Notes: generated by a model not told the origin, from the letters alone. A DNA stretch of 64,000 nt from Patescibacteria group bacterium (GCA_016784445.1 JADHUR010000001.1:89128-153127); one strand, 5' to 3'. Counted from the stretch's first letter, positions 1 to 9,475 are shown. A program made the numbers and translations.

Positions 1-79
1 CTTGCTTGCAATTCTCGCAAACAAAATCTTCTTTTGTACGGGTAAATTTTCTAAACATATTATTTTTTAAATAGCAATT

Positions 80-916
80 CTATAAATTACCCGCATATTC
101 AATTAATTTAGATACCTGATCACGTAATCTAGATAATTTCTTTGCATCCATAATTTTTTCAAGCTTTGGTGGCATTTCCAATACATCCTGAATAGTTATA
201 ATACCATTATGTAATAAATAATTCTTAGTCTTCTTATCTATATTTAATATTGTCACAGGAAATACAGATTGATCTTGAATTAATCTCTCTAAACTATATT
301 GATCAGGATAACGCCAACCACTCATATTAATTCCCTTTGCTGCTGCATATCTTTTAGCATGATCTGAAAACTTTGTATTAACAACTAGCCATGCTCCTGT
401 AAAATTATATTTTGTAGTTTTCTTCTTAAATCCATCCTGTGTATCTTCAAGTCTTGCTTGAACACGCAATACCTCACCAAGGCCCGTATCATTATGGAAA
501 GAAAAATGATGCTTACACTCAATCAGCCATTGCTTATTACCTTTTGTAGCAATAACATCCACTTGATGTTCAACAGCTGCTCCTGGTACTATTTTATTCC
601 ATTCAGTTGTATAACCATAATATGAGAAAATCTTAGCAGTATATTTCTCCCATTCCTCAGGACTTAAATCTGCAAGTGATCTTCTAAGTGAATACACTTG
701 AGCAGTCGGATGCATACGTGCGCCTCTTAACTCTTTATATATTAAATCATAAATCTGATTTGTAGTTACTCTATTTGGCAATTTAGCTAAGACCGCAGTT
801 GCTACATCTTTAGCAATAGCATTACTTGCACCAGATCTTTGTACAGATCTTACTAGCTTCTTAAAACTAAATTGTCTTGTACTACCATCTGCTTTTACTA
901 TATATACTTGCTTCAT
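80..916 (-). CDS. ATP-cone domain fused to Mrr-type (PD-(D/E)XK) restriction endonuclease catalytic domain
   Basis: N-terminus MKQVYIVKADGSTRQFSFKKLVRSVQRSG matches the ATP-cone fold of NrdR/RNR. The central region (EKYTAKIFSYYGY...VDVIATKG...WLIECKHH...GAWLVVNTKFSDHAKRYAAAKGI) matches the Mrr_cat layout with D...ExK. Confidence 0.6.
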   Translation of the reverse strand: MKQVYIVKADGSTRQFSFKKLVRSVQRSGASNAIAKDVATAVLAKLPNRVTTNQIYDLIYKELRGARMHPTAQVYSLRRSLADLSPEEWEKYTAKIFSYYGYTTEWNKIVPGAAVEHQVDVIATKGNKQWLIECKHHFSFHNDTGLGEVLRVQARLEDTQDGFKKKTTKYNFTGAWLVVNTKFSDHAKRYAAAKGINMSGWRYPDQYSLERLIQDQSVFPVTILNIDKKTKNYLLHNGIITIQDVLEMPPKLEKIMDAKKLSRLRDQVSKLIEYAGNL

Positions 917-918
917 AA

Positions 919-1956
919 TTATTGTATTAATTGTTTAGCTGCCCGCCAAAAACTATCTTCTCCATGATTAGTCTTAAGCCAATACCACCATTCTCCTCCC
1001 CAGAGATAAATGGTATCAAAGCCTATACGCTTTGCATATTTTATACTGTCTTTAAATCTATTCATATTCATACTCTTATATTGCTCTTCTAAAGATACAT
1101 CAATAATTGGTTTAGAAGTCCATGGTTCAAGCTGTAATTCAGATATAAACACTTCTCTTAATTGAGTAGTTTTATATAAAAGCTTTGCCTTAAGATTATA
1201 ATAGGCTGGAGGAAGTGGATATATAAAATCTCCATACAATGGATTCCAAACATATCTATAAATACTAGAACCAATAATTGGATTTAAATTTGCAGATTTC
1301 TTCCAAGTAGATAATTCTCCACTATCTGTAATAATTGTTGGTCTATTATCTAAACTTCTAACAAGTTCTAGTTTTTTAGTATAGAATTCATCTGTTGTCT
1401 TAGGACATTCTCCAAATACTGAAAGGAATGGTTCATTTTCTACCTGCCAAGCTATTATATTATCGTATTGCTTATAATGATTAACAGTAGCTTCAATCAT
1501 ACTAAGCTCTTCTGCCATTTGATCAGATCTTGGTAAGTCCTCAACCCATTCTGGTTGATGACATTCTGGCCAACGTGGCTGCCTTCTACCAACAACAAGT
1601 ACAACTTCCGCATTACTATACTCTGCCCTACGTATTAGCCAATCTAATTCCGTAAAATCATAAATCCCTTTACTTAATTCCAAACTATCCCAATATGCCA
1701 TTAATCTAAATTTCTTGATGCCCATATCATCTACAAGATCTACAAAGGCATCCTGCCAATTAATTCCTAATTCTTTTGCATATTTATGACTATATGTCAT
1801 ACCATACTCAATCTTATTACCCGTTGCAAAACTTAAAGAATATATAATTATTAAACTAATTAATAATATTAAAACAATTAAAAGAAGAATTAAATATCTT
1901 CTCTTTAATTTAATAATCTTTTTTCTTTGTACAAAATTTAAAAATCTTTTAAACAT
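919..1956 (-). CDS. membrane-anchored glycoside hydrolase, clan GH-A (GH5-like)
   Basis: N-terminal TM helix followed by a TIM-barrel-like sequence with the WQVENEP catalytic acid/base motif (NEP) typical of GH-A families. Stop/start is adjacent to the neighbouring genes. Confidence 0.5.
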   Translation of the reverse strand: MFKRFLNFVQRKKIIKLKRRYLILLLIVLILLISLIIIYSLSFATGNKIEYGMTYSHKYAKELGINWQDAFVDLVDDMGIKKFRLMAYWDSLELSKGIYDFTELDWLIRRAEYSNAEVVLVVGRRQPRWPECHQPEWVEDLPRSDQMAEELSMIEATVNHYKQYDNIIAWQVENEPFLSVFGECPKTTDEFYTKKLELVRSLDNRPTIITDSGELSTWKKSANLNPIIGSSIYRYVWNPLYGDFIYPLPPAYYNLKAKLLYKTTQLREVFISELQLEPWTSKPIIDVSLEEQYKSMNMNRFKDSIKYAKRIGFDTIYLWGGEWWYWLKTNHGEDSFWRAAKQLIQ

Positions 1957-1959
1957 AGT

Positions 1960-2847
1960 CTAAACAATAAAAAACATTCCAATTGCTATTAATAATATAG
2001 CTACAATTTTTTGCACAATAACTTTTTTACTCAAATCTTCACCTAATAATTGCGGATGACTCTTGGCTAGCATAAATACTATTATGAATAAAAATACATA
2101 TTGAAGTCCCTGCAGAGCATTAACAAGGGTTACACTACCCATTGATATTGCCCAATTAATCATGATAAAAGATAAAGCTCCGGCACCTTGACCCAATATA
2201 AATGCTAGACCTACTCCCTTCTTAGCATTGCCCGTATTATGGAATATTGCTGTTCTTTGTTTCTTACTTAATAGAAATAATAAAGCTGCTATAAATGATC
2301 CTATTCTGATCCAAATAAAGCCTGAAATAAAATCTACATTATTAAATACAAACTTTGTTAAAACAAATGAAGATGCAAATAGAAATGAAGATATTACTGA
2401 AAGCCAAAACATCTTAGCTTGAGATTTGGTACTCTTTCCAGGTTGAATAGTAATTAATATTCCACCAATTAATATTAATCCAAAAGCAAGTAATTGATTT
2501 AATAATAATCTTTCATTAAGTAAAAAGAATGCTAATGCAAAAACAAATATTGGCTGCAAACCCCCAATAAGTGGAGTCACTCTAGATACCTCATCCTTAG
2601 CAAGGGCCATAAACATAAATAGCAAAGCAAGGGTAAATAATATACCAGCCAGCGAACTTATTAAAAACATATTGAATCCTATCCATGTAAATCCAAAGGG
2701 AGCCAAAACAAAAACAAATAATCCTAAGACTGTAATATAAAAAGTATATACCACTGGATTTGGTATATCTTTATTTAATAATGATTTATTAATAATAGAG
2801 GAAGCTCCATTCAATAAATATCCGATTGTAACAACAAGCATCCACAT
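1960..2847 (-). CDS. EamA/DMT-superfamily transporter
   Basis: About 10 predicted TM helices in two repeated halves. Lies in an operon with sugar-catabolic genes. Confidence 0.5.
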   Translation of the reverse strand: MWMLVVTIGYLLNGASSIINKSLLNKDIPNPVVYTFYITVLGLFVFVLAPFGFTWIGFNMFLISSLAGILFTLALLFMFMALAKDEVSRVTPLIGGLQPIFVFALAFFLLNERLLLNQLLAFGLILIGGILITIQPGKSTKSQAKMFWLSVISSFLFASSFVLTKFVFNNVDFISGFIWIRIGSFIAALLFLLSKKQRTAIFHNTGNAKKGVGLAFILGQGAGALSFIMINWAISMGSVTLVNALQGLQYVFLFIIVFMLAKSHPQLLGEDLSKKVIVQKIVAILLIAIGMFFIV

Positions 2848-2850
2848 ATA

Positions 2851-4200
2851 TTAGTCTTTAACAGTTATTTCACCTAAAGTAACATGACCCACAAATTTCA
2901 ATAAATCATGAGGTATGCCATTATGCTTGGCAATGCTTGCATAAACATGCGCAGACTCTCTAATGGTTCTTTTTTGAGTTTTAAAATCTACATTAATAAG
3001 TCCAAATCTTGCATCATAACCTTTTTCCCATTCCCAATTGTCCAGTAATGACCAATAAAAATATCCTTTAACTGGAGCACCAGCCTGTATTGCATGATAA
3101 AGCTCTTTAACATAAGAAACTATAAATCTACTACGCTTATTATCTTTCTCAACTGCAATACCATTTTCTGTAATATATATTGGTAGCTTATATTTAGACA
3201 TATCCATAACAACATCAAATATACCAGGAGGATATATTTCCCAACCTACATCTGATGCCTCTCTTCTTTCTTTTCTAATATCTGTAAAAAACTGAACATG
3301 TGAAAACTTTGCTTTAGCAATACGATAATGGAAATAATAATTAAGTCCTAAGAAATCATTACATCCTTTTGTGAGTCTCATAAACCAATGATTCCAAACA
3401 GAATCTATTGTCTGCATAAATGCTAAATCCACTAGTGAATGTTTATTATATATTTGATAAGAAGATACATTATTTGCAAAACCAACTTTCGCCTCAAACT
3501 TATCTGTATCTAATATATTATGAATAGAACGATAAGCTAAATTATGTGCTTTTGCCATATTACGAAAAACCTTTCGCATCTTAAGTGGTGCTTTCTCTTG
3601 CGGAGGCCAAACACCAGAAATATATCCTTGAGAAGCAAAAACAAGTGGTTCATTTATTGTTATCCAAAAATCTACTAAATCTCCCAATTCCTTAACCATC
3701 ATTAAAACATAGGACTGGAAAATCTCAGGAGCATCAGAAGATGTCCAACCACCCTCATTCACAAACCACATAGGATTAGTAAAATGATGAAGAGTAACAA
3801 ATGTTTGCAAGTTATTATCTTTAGCAGATTTCAATACATCTCTATAATGTTTAATTTCTCTTTCATCCCATTTATTATCTTCCGGCTCTACTCTGCTCCA
3901 CTCTATAGATAGACGATGAGCATTATGGTTCAAATCTTTAGCCATCTTAAAATCATCAGCATATCTATTATAATGATCCGCAGCCTCTCCAGATACTTGA
4001 TGATTGTCTGCCAGCCCCTCCTGTTCCCATGCCCACCAATCATTATTAATACAATTACCCTCAACTTGATGAGAAGATGTAGAAGAGCCCCACACAAAAT
4101 TTGGTGGGAATTTCAAAACAGCCTCATCATGAGACTCTTTTACTTGTTTTAATCTTGCTTTTTCTTTTTTATTATTTATAACTGACATTATTATAACCAT
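2851..4200 (-). CDS. GH1 beta-glucosidase / 6-phospho-beta-glucosidase
   Basis: FPPNFVWGSSTSSHQVEG N-terminal signature, TLHHF...NEP and ITENG glycosyl hydrolase family 1 motifs. Confidence 0.85.
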   Translation of the reverse strand: MVIIMSVINNKKEKARLKQVKESHDEAVLKFPPNFVWGSSTSSHQVEGNCINNDWWAWEQEGLADNHQVSGEAADHYNRYADDFKMAKDLNHNAHRLSIEWSRVEPEDNKWDEREIKHYRDVLKSAKDNNLQTFVTLHHFTNPMWFVNEGGWTSSDAPEIFQSYVLMMVKELGDLVDFWITINEPLVFASQGYISGVWPPQEKAPLKMRKVFRNMAKAHNLAYRSIHNILDTDKFEAKVGFANNVSSYQIYNKHSLVDLAFMQTIDSVWNHWFMRLTKGCNDFLGLNYYFHYRIAKAKFSHVQFFTDIRKERREASDVGWEIYPPGIFDVVMDMSKYKLPIYITENGIAVEKDNKRSRFIVSYVKELYHAIQAGAPVKGYFYWSLLDNWEWEKGYDARFGLINVDFKTQKRTIRESAHVYASIAKHNGIPHDLLKFVGHVTLGEITVKD

Positions 4201-5096
4201 AGTGCAGCAGCGCCCATTGCGCCACCCTCACCTCTTAATTTAGTTTTTAAAACTGGTAATTTACCTGATCTTGGAGATAATATATTCTTTTGCATTGTAA
4301 TTTTTGCAGATTTAATGAATAGCTTATATGCCTCTGAAACTCCTCCACCCAAGACTATTATTTCTGGATCAAATATATTTACAATATTGGCGAGTCCAAA
4401 TCCAAGATAATGCCCAAGCTCTGCATATACTTTCATAGCCGCCTTTTTACCCGCCTCTGCTTCTTTCTGTATTGTTAATGCATGCTTTGGTGAACGTCTC
4501 TTTAGAAACTTTATTGATGCATATTGTTCAAGCTCACCTTTCTTTCTAGATCCTTCAACCCCATTAAAATTAATAATCATATGACCAATCTCACCAGCTG
4601 CTCCCCTATGTCCTGTAAGTAATTGCATCTTCTTTCCTTTTCTATATACTATTCCACCACCAACTCCAGTACCAAGTGACAATAGCACCATTGACTGTCT
4701 ATTCTTACCAGCACCCCATATCATTTCAGCCAGGGCCATACAATTAGTATCATTTTCAAGTCTTACTGGTAAATTAAATTTAGACTTTAATATATTAATA
4801 AAGTCTATGTTTTTAATTATTTGTAGATTTGGTGGAACTATAACCCTTTGCCTTTTCTCATCTAAAACTCCCGGAAGCCCAATGCCAATACCCTTTATCC
4901 TATACTTTGGATAATCTTTAATCAGAAGTTCAATATGTGCAATTAAAGTAGCTAAGAATTGACGAGATGTCTTAAAACTCTTAACCAGGTATTTATCATC
5001 TTCAATAATTTTACCTCTTTGCAATAGTACTAGCTTTACTTTTGTACCACCAATATCTATTCCAATAATGAGATCTTTTGTCTTTTTATTTACCAT
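4191..5096 (-). CDS. ROK-family glucokinase
   Basis: IGIDIGGTKVKL ATP-binding motif, LENDTNCMALAE, and ROK signature GxGxGGG(IV). Overlaps the bgl gene by 10 nt. Confidence 0.8.
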   Translation of the reverse strand: MVNKKTKDLIIGIDIGGTKVKLVLLQRGKIIEDDKYLVKSFKTSRQFLATLIAHIELLIKDYPKYRIKGIGIGLPGVLDEKRQRVIVPPNLQIIKNIDFINILKSKFNLPVRLENDTNCMALAEMIWGAGKNRQSMVLLSLGTGVGGGIVYRKGKKMQLLTGHRGAAGEIGHMIINFNGVEGSRKKGELEQYASIKFLKRRSPKHALTIQKEAEAGKKAAMKVYAELGHYLGFGLANIVNIFDPEIIVLGGGVSEAYKLFIKSAKITMQKNILSPRSGKLPVLKTKLRGEGGAMGAAALWL

Positions 5097-5129
5097 AGTA
5101 TATATATTATACCATTTTATCTGTTAATT

Positions 5130-5160
5130 AAAAAACACCCCTTTAAACAATAAAGGGGCG
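5130..5160 (-). terminator. intrinsic terminator after the thioredoxin-fusion gene
   Basis: cccctttaaacaataaagggg forms an 8-bp stem; the A-run on plus gives a T-run on the minus strand. Confidence 0.5.
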
Positions 5161-5175
5161 CCTTAATATATACTT

Positions 5176-6387
5176 TTAACCAAACATTAGCAGCTCTGGC
5201 TTAAACAATAGTAGTAATCCAAGAATTAGAATAATAATACCACCAATAAGTTTTACATATAGAGAATACTTATTACTAATTCCAAATGCTTGCAATGTAA
5301 ACATGGCTATTAGGAATACTATAATATCATCTATCATGAAGATAATAATATACCAAATAAGGTAAGCGTAATAGCTAGCAGTTGGTAATTCTGACATTGT
5401 TAAAACTTGAGTATAGATTGCAGGAAAGCCTGCTGAACACATAAGCTCTATCAAATTAACAGCAGCAGCAAGTAGAATAATACCACCCATTGCTAACCAA
5501 AAGTTCTTCTTAATAACAATGTCTCGTAATTTATCAAAGATACGTTTTCTTTTTTCACTATCTTCTACAACACAACCTGTTTTCTGTCTCCACCATGCTC
5601 TCAAACTAAAGTATCCTGAACCAAGAGCTACTATACCAATAATCATACGTACAATACCTATCATTCCAACGAATAGGAAAAAGTTGAGCCATGCTGCCAT
5701 AAATAGAAAATATACAACTCCTGAAGCAATAATAAAGGCCAATCCTAATGCCCAGCGTCGTCTCTTATTCTCCATACCAAGTAATAATGTTATCAAGAAT
5801 AATAACACCCACATAGCACATGGATTAAATCCATCCAGGAAAGCGATAGCTGTTGTTAAACCGAGTAATGAAGTCTTACCAGCATCAATCTCTCCAAACA
5901 ATGGTAAGTCAATTGTATGGCCAAGTAATTTTTCATTAACCTTTTCTTCTTTGGGAGCCCTAGGTAAATAATTCTGTGCATTCAATTCCTCAATAACATC
6001 TATACAACCTTGTATCTCACATTGTTCAACCAGCTGTTCAATTTGTCTGCCGGTTGTTTCAGCAGATCCATATCCAGCTATATATTTATCCCCTATTACA
6101 ATAAAAGGAACACCGCCAATATTAGCATTTAAATACTTACCAACTTCTCCCATAAGTTTAGCATTCAATCTGTCATACCAAACTTCAAATCTTCTAATCT
6201 CAACATTAGGCTTTGTGGCTTCTAAATTATCTAAAAAAGGTTTAGCTTCTGCACAATGAGGACAACCATCTCCCCAAAAGTAGTTTATCTTTACTTCAGA
6301 AACAGTTGGCGCTGCTTCTACTGGCAAAGAGCTTAAAACAGTCACAAATAAAGCTAAAGCAAATACTAAAAATACTAACTTCTTCAT
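5176..6387 (-). CDS. secreted thioredoxin-fold (CPHC) domain fused to a CcdA/DsbD-like multi-TM thiol-disulfide transporter domain
   Basis: Signal peptide, WGDGCPHCAEAKPF thioredoxin-like CxxC, then about 6 TM helices with conserved Cys in GFNPCAMW and LMCSAGFP (CcdA-like pattern). Confidence 0.5.
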   Translation of the reverse strand: MKKLVFLVFALALFVTVLSSLPVEAAPTVSEVKINYFWGDGCPHCAEAKPFLDNLEATKPNVEIRRFEVWYDRLNAKLMGEVGKYLNANIGGVPFIVIGDKYIAGYGSAETTGRQIEQLVEQCEIQGCIDVIEELNAQNYLPRAPKEEKVNEKLLGHTIDLPLFGEIDAGKTSLLGLTTAIAFLDGFNPCAMWVLLFLITLLLGMENKRRRWALGLAFIIASGVVYFLFMAAWLNFFLFVGMIGIVRMIIGIVALGSGYFSLRAWWRQKTGCVVEDSEKRKRIFDKLRDIVIKKNFWLAMGGIILLAAAVNLIELMCSAGFPAIYTQVLTMSELPTASYYAYLIWYIIIFMIDDIIVFLIAMFTLQAFGISNKYSLYVKLIGGIIILILGLLLLFKPELLMFG

Positions 6388-6390
6388 TTC

Positions 6391-6657
6391 TTATTTCTCC
6401 TTATATTTATTAATTAAATCTAAAATTTCTTCCTCAGAGATTTCACCTTGCTTACGATCAATCTCCTGTTCATTTTTATCTAAAATAATAACTGTTGGAT
6501 ATTCTGTAAGTTTATACTTATCAATCACTTCAGGAAACTCATCAATATCAAAATACTCAGTTATAAGCCATTCATTTTCTTTCTCTATTTTTTCCCAGCG
6601 TGGTCTCATGACTAAACATCCTGGACACCACACTGCACCAAATTTTAATACTTTCAT
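6391..6657 (-). CDS. small thioredoxin-like protein
   Basis: AVWCPGC active-site motif; 88 aa. Confidence 0.7.
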   Translation of the reverse strand: MKVLKFGAVWCPGCLVMRPRWEKIEKENEWLITEYFDIDEFPEVIDKYKLTEYPTVIILDKNEQEIDRKQGEISEEEILDLINKYKEK

Positions 6658-7727
6658 TATTTTTTCACAATCACAGTTTGTGTAGGGTAGGCAAATTCAA
6701 TGCCCTCCTTTTCAAACTGTTCTTTAATATTTAAATTTATTTGTTCTCTTGCCAGTAAGTACATATTATAATCTGCACTTTTGAAGTAAAATACAATGTC
6801 ATAATTTAAACTAAAATCAGCAAATTCTTTAAATGCACATCTATCATATCTACAATCCTTAATATCATTAATAATCTTCTCTATCATACCAGGAATCTTT
6901 TTAAGCTTATCATTACTTGTCTCATAAGCTACACCAATATTAATTTGAGTGCGTCTTTCTTTAATCTTACGGTAATTCTGTATCTGAGCATTTGTTAATT
7001 CTTTATTAGAAATAACAACTTCTTCACCCTGAACAGACAATATTCTAGTAGTCTTTATTCCAATTTTAGTAACGGTTCCCATTTTATCTCCAATAACAAT
7101 ATAATCACCAACCTTAAATGGTTGATCAATATATATTGCAAAAGAAGAAAATATATCCTCTAAAACATTCTGTAAGGCAAATGCAATAGCAATACCACCA
7201 ACTCCAAGTCCAGCAATAAGTGCTGTAACATCAAAACCTAAATTAGATATTACTAATATAAAACCTACGGTCCAAACAAGTATTTTAATTAATTTGCTAA
7301 ATAATCCAATCTTATGCAGGTCTGGTTCTTCATCTCCCTTTGTTATAGTTTTCTTCAAACCAAAATCTACTACAACTAATATTGATTTAATAATTTGCCA
7401 ACCAAAGATTATTACAAAGACATAATTTGCAATAGTATCTATCTTTTCACTAAGGATTAAATACTGCATAGCAATAAATGCAGACAATACTAAATAGAAA
7501 AGCCATTTAATCTTATTAAGCAATTCAATAATAGCATCGTCATAATCTGTATTAGTCTTCCTGGCTATTTTTTTAAGTCTTACAACAAGTATTAACTTAA
7601 AGGAACGAAAAATAATAATAGCAGCAATGAATATAGCAAGTGCTATACAATAATCTTGAATTGAGTTTCCCCAATACATAATACTTAAATAATCCATAAT
7701 AAACATTTTAATCAATAGTATATACAT
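6657..7727 (-). CDS. mscS: mechanosensitive ion channel, MscS family
   Basis: 3 N-terminal TM helices and a conserved MscS beta domain (VGDYIVIGDKMGTVTKIGIKTTRILSVQGEEVVISNKEL). Confidence 0.8.
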   Translation of the reverse strand: MYILLIKMFIMDYLSIMYWGNSIQDYCIALAIFIAAIIIFRSFKLILVVRLKKIARKTNTDYDDAIIELLNKIKWLFYLVLSAFIAMQYLILSEKIDTIANYVFVIIFGWQIIKSILVVVDFGLKKTITKGDEEPDLHKIGLFSKLIKILVWTVGFILVISNLGFDVTALIAGLGVGGIAIAFALQNVLEDIFSSFAIYIDQPFKVGDYIVIGDKMGTVTKIGIKTTRILSVQGEEVVISNKELTNAQIQNYRKIKERRTQINIGVAYETSNDKLKKIPGMIEKIINDIKDCRYDRCAFKEFADFSLNYDIVFYFKSADYNMYLLAREQINLNIKEQFEKEGIEFAYPTQTVIVKK

Positions 7728-7815
7728 TTTATAGTAAAAACTACTTTTTGACTAATAAAAATACCCGATTCTCAGCACAATGAGAATCGGGTATTATATA
7801 AAACGCTGTGTTTTA

Positions 7816-8106
7816 CTATTTAGCTAAATCTTTAACAGCCTTAGCTGGATAATATTTAACTTTTCTTTTAGCTGAAATGCTGATCTTTTCCTTTGTAATT
7901 GGATTAATGCCCATTCTAGCCTTACTTTCAAAAATTTTGAATTTACCAAAATCTTTAATAAAGACGTCCATACCACTCTGCATTTGAGTTTTGAATTCTT
8001 CGAACATCCATTCGATAATTTCAACACCCTCTTTTTTACTTACACTTTCGAATTTTTCAGACATCATTTGTCCTAAATCCTTTTTAGTGATTTTTGGATT
8101 TGCCAT
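7816..8106 (-). CDS. hup: DNA-binding protein HU
   Basis: HU/IHF fold signature GFGKFKIFESKARMGINPITKEKISISAKRKVKYYPAKAVKD. Confidence 0.8.
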   Translation of the reverse strand: MANPKITKKDLGQMMSEKFESVSKKEGVEIIEWMFEEFKTQMQSGMDVFIKDFGKFKIFESKARMGINPITKEKISISAKRKVKYYPAKAVKDLAK

Positions 8107-8243
8107 AATTTTTTGCTTAATTATTAGTAAAATTTTTACTTAACTGGGTACTATTATACTGCAAATGATAAAAAAATAGCAATACATGCATACTTTTAAA
8201 AACTGTGCATAACTTTTATCAAAATATTTAGCTAATATTACAC

Positions 8244-8273
8244 AAAAAACAGCCCTACTATTAATAGAGCTGT
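8244..8273 (-). terminator. intrinsic terminator
   Basis: Imperfect hairpin cagccctactattaatagagctg preceded by an A-run on plus (T-run on minus), directly after the stop of 8274..8531. Confidence 0.4.
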
Positions 8274-8531
8274 TTATTCACCTTCCGTGCATATTTTCAA
8301 GATTAACTCTCTTGAATAAAATCTTGGTAAATATCTTCCTGCACAGATACAGTATTTTTCATACTTTTCACCATGCCTTTTTCTTAGGAAATCCTCCTCA
8401 GCTAAGACTTCAACGTGATAATTATGAACTTTTGCTATGAAGTAGATTAGAGCAAACAAAGTTGTTTCAAACCTGAACCCTATTATACAAATAAGAATAA
8501 AGAATATAAATACTCCTATCTTCACTTCCAT
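8274..8531 (-). CDS. C-terminal fragment of an ICMT/PEMT-family methyltransferase (probable gene remnant)
   Basis: One TM helix, then the family's C-terminal motif EEDFLRKRHGEKYEKYCICAGRYLP (EE..L...FGE.Y..Y...V.R.IP). The upstream RHPxY region is missing and only about 100 nt of intergenic DNA lies upstream. Confidence 0.4.
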   Translation of the reverse strand: MEVKIGVFIFFILICIIGFRFETTLFALIYFIAKVHNYHVEVLAEEDFLRKRHGEKYEKYCICAGRYLPRFYSRELILKICTEGE

Positions 8532-8596
8532 ATTCCCCCCTTATTTGTTTGAATGTACTAGACTAGAACTTAACAAGTACATATTCTTTTGTCAAA

Positions 8597-8620
8597 CAAA
8601 AAAGACTCAATTTTATTGAG
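8597..8620 (-). terminator. intrinsic terminator
   Basis: ctcaat-ttt-attgag hairpin with a flanking A-run (T-run on minus) after the stop of 8631..8852. Confidence 0.4.
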
Positions 8621-8630
8621 CCTTTCAAGT

Positions 8631-8852
8631 TTAACTTTGTTCGTTCAATCTTTCAGATAATTCATATAGACGTTTATGCAATTCTGGATTTTTTGTAGAA
8701 TTAAGCAATGCAGTTAATCTACCTACACATGCTTCATCTTGCATAGCTGCCATTATTACTTCATCGGATGCATCTCGAACGATTTTTTCACCATGACTGG
8801 TTTTTAGATTACCATCAAACTTTAAATAATCAATAATCACATTACCCATCAT
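8631..8852 (-). CDS. hypothetical small protein (73 aa)
   Basis: ORF with its own terminator; no recognisable motif. Confidence 0.35.
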   Translation of the reverse strand: MMGNVIIDYLKFDGNLKTSHGEKIVRDASDEVIMAAMQDEACVGRLTALLNSTKNPELHKRLYELSERLNEQS

Positions 8853-8948
8853 CAGTCCTCCTTATATATCTCTTATATAGTATTTAGCAAGAATAGTAAT
8901 TTAAGTCAAATAAAAAAAGACCTATATTAGGTCTATTGTTTAAAGAGC

Positions 8949-9022
8949 TGGCAGGGGCGGTAGGAATCGAACCCACGCAAGAGGTTTTGGAGACCCCTGT
9001 ACTACCACTATACGACGCCCCC
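8949..9022 (-). tRNA. tRNA-Trp (anticodon CCA)
   Basis: The reverse complement folds as a cloverleaf GGGGGCG/TC/GTAT..GTAC/GGGGT-CTCCAAA-ACCTC/GTGGG-TTCGATT-CCTAC/CGCCCCT-G-CCA. The T-loop TTCGATT is present and CCA is encoded. Confidence 0.85.
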
Positions 9023-9031
9023 ATTACTGCA

Positions 9032-9475
9032 TTATTCTTGAGCTGCCTGATCAACAGTTTCCTTTATCTCTTCAATAGATAGTTTAAACTTATCTATTAA
9101 TTCTGGAAACTTACCAAATATTAATTCATATTTATCTGTAACCTCTCCGGTTACTTCATCAAAGGTTGGTGTTCCACCTGTATACATTGTACCATCTGGA
9201 TCACCATATTCATTTAAATTCTGAGTAAGTAGCCAATTATCTATTTGCAGTTGAATATCCTTTGGCAGATTAGTAGCAAGTCCTTTAATATCATCTGCTG
9301 AATAATTCTTAATCTCATCAGTTATTCCAGAGACAACATCATCTGCAATATTCTGACCAATCTCTTGAATCTTCTCACCACTTCTCCATCCTTGCCACCA
9401 AGCATCAATTTGATCACCATAAAAATAGTTTACGGCAATAAGTGCTATAGCTAAGATAAAAAGCTTCTTTGTCAT
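9032..9475 (-). CDS. secreted hypothetical protein
   Basis: N-terminal signal peptide/TM (MTKKLFILAIALIAVNYF) and an acidic C-terminal region. Confidence 0.45.
   Translation of the reverse strand: MTKKLFILAIALIAVNYFYGDQIDAWWQGWRSGEKIQEIGQNIADDVVSGITDEIKNYSADDIKGLATNLPKDIQLQIDNWLLTQNLNEYGDPDGTMYTGGTPTFDEVTGEVTDKYELIFGKFPELIDKFKLSIEEIKETVDQAAQE

Noticed and set aside
2228-2422. Short plus-strand ORFs nested antisense inside well-supported minus-strand genes (also 3916..4152, 5519..5971, 7824..8027, 9772..9987, 13132..13344, 13508..13702, 14455..14637, 14753..14959, 20440..20757, 20796..21053, 25604..25786, 26539..26769, 27121..27345, 29067..29252, 29492..29686, 34797..35111, 35973..36170, 38195..38452, 40725..40931, 41867..42277, 43169..43354, 45240..45425, 47662..47853, 49227..49544, 50270..50479, 50514..50774, 50739..50951, 51464..51658, 52193..52471, 55428..56405, 58732..58953, 62895..63194)
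   Set aside because: These are low-complexity or composition-driven frames overlapping genes with clear homology on the opposite strand. No SD or other motif support.
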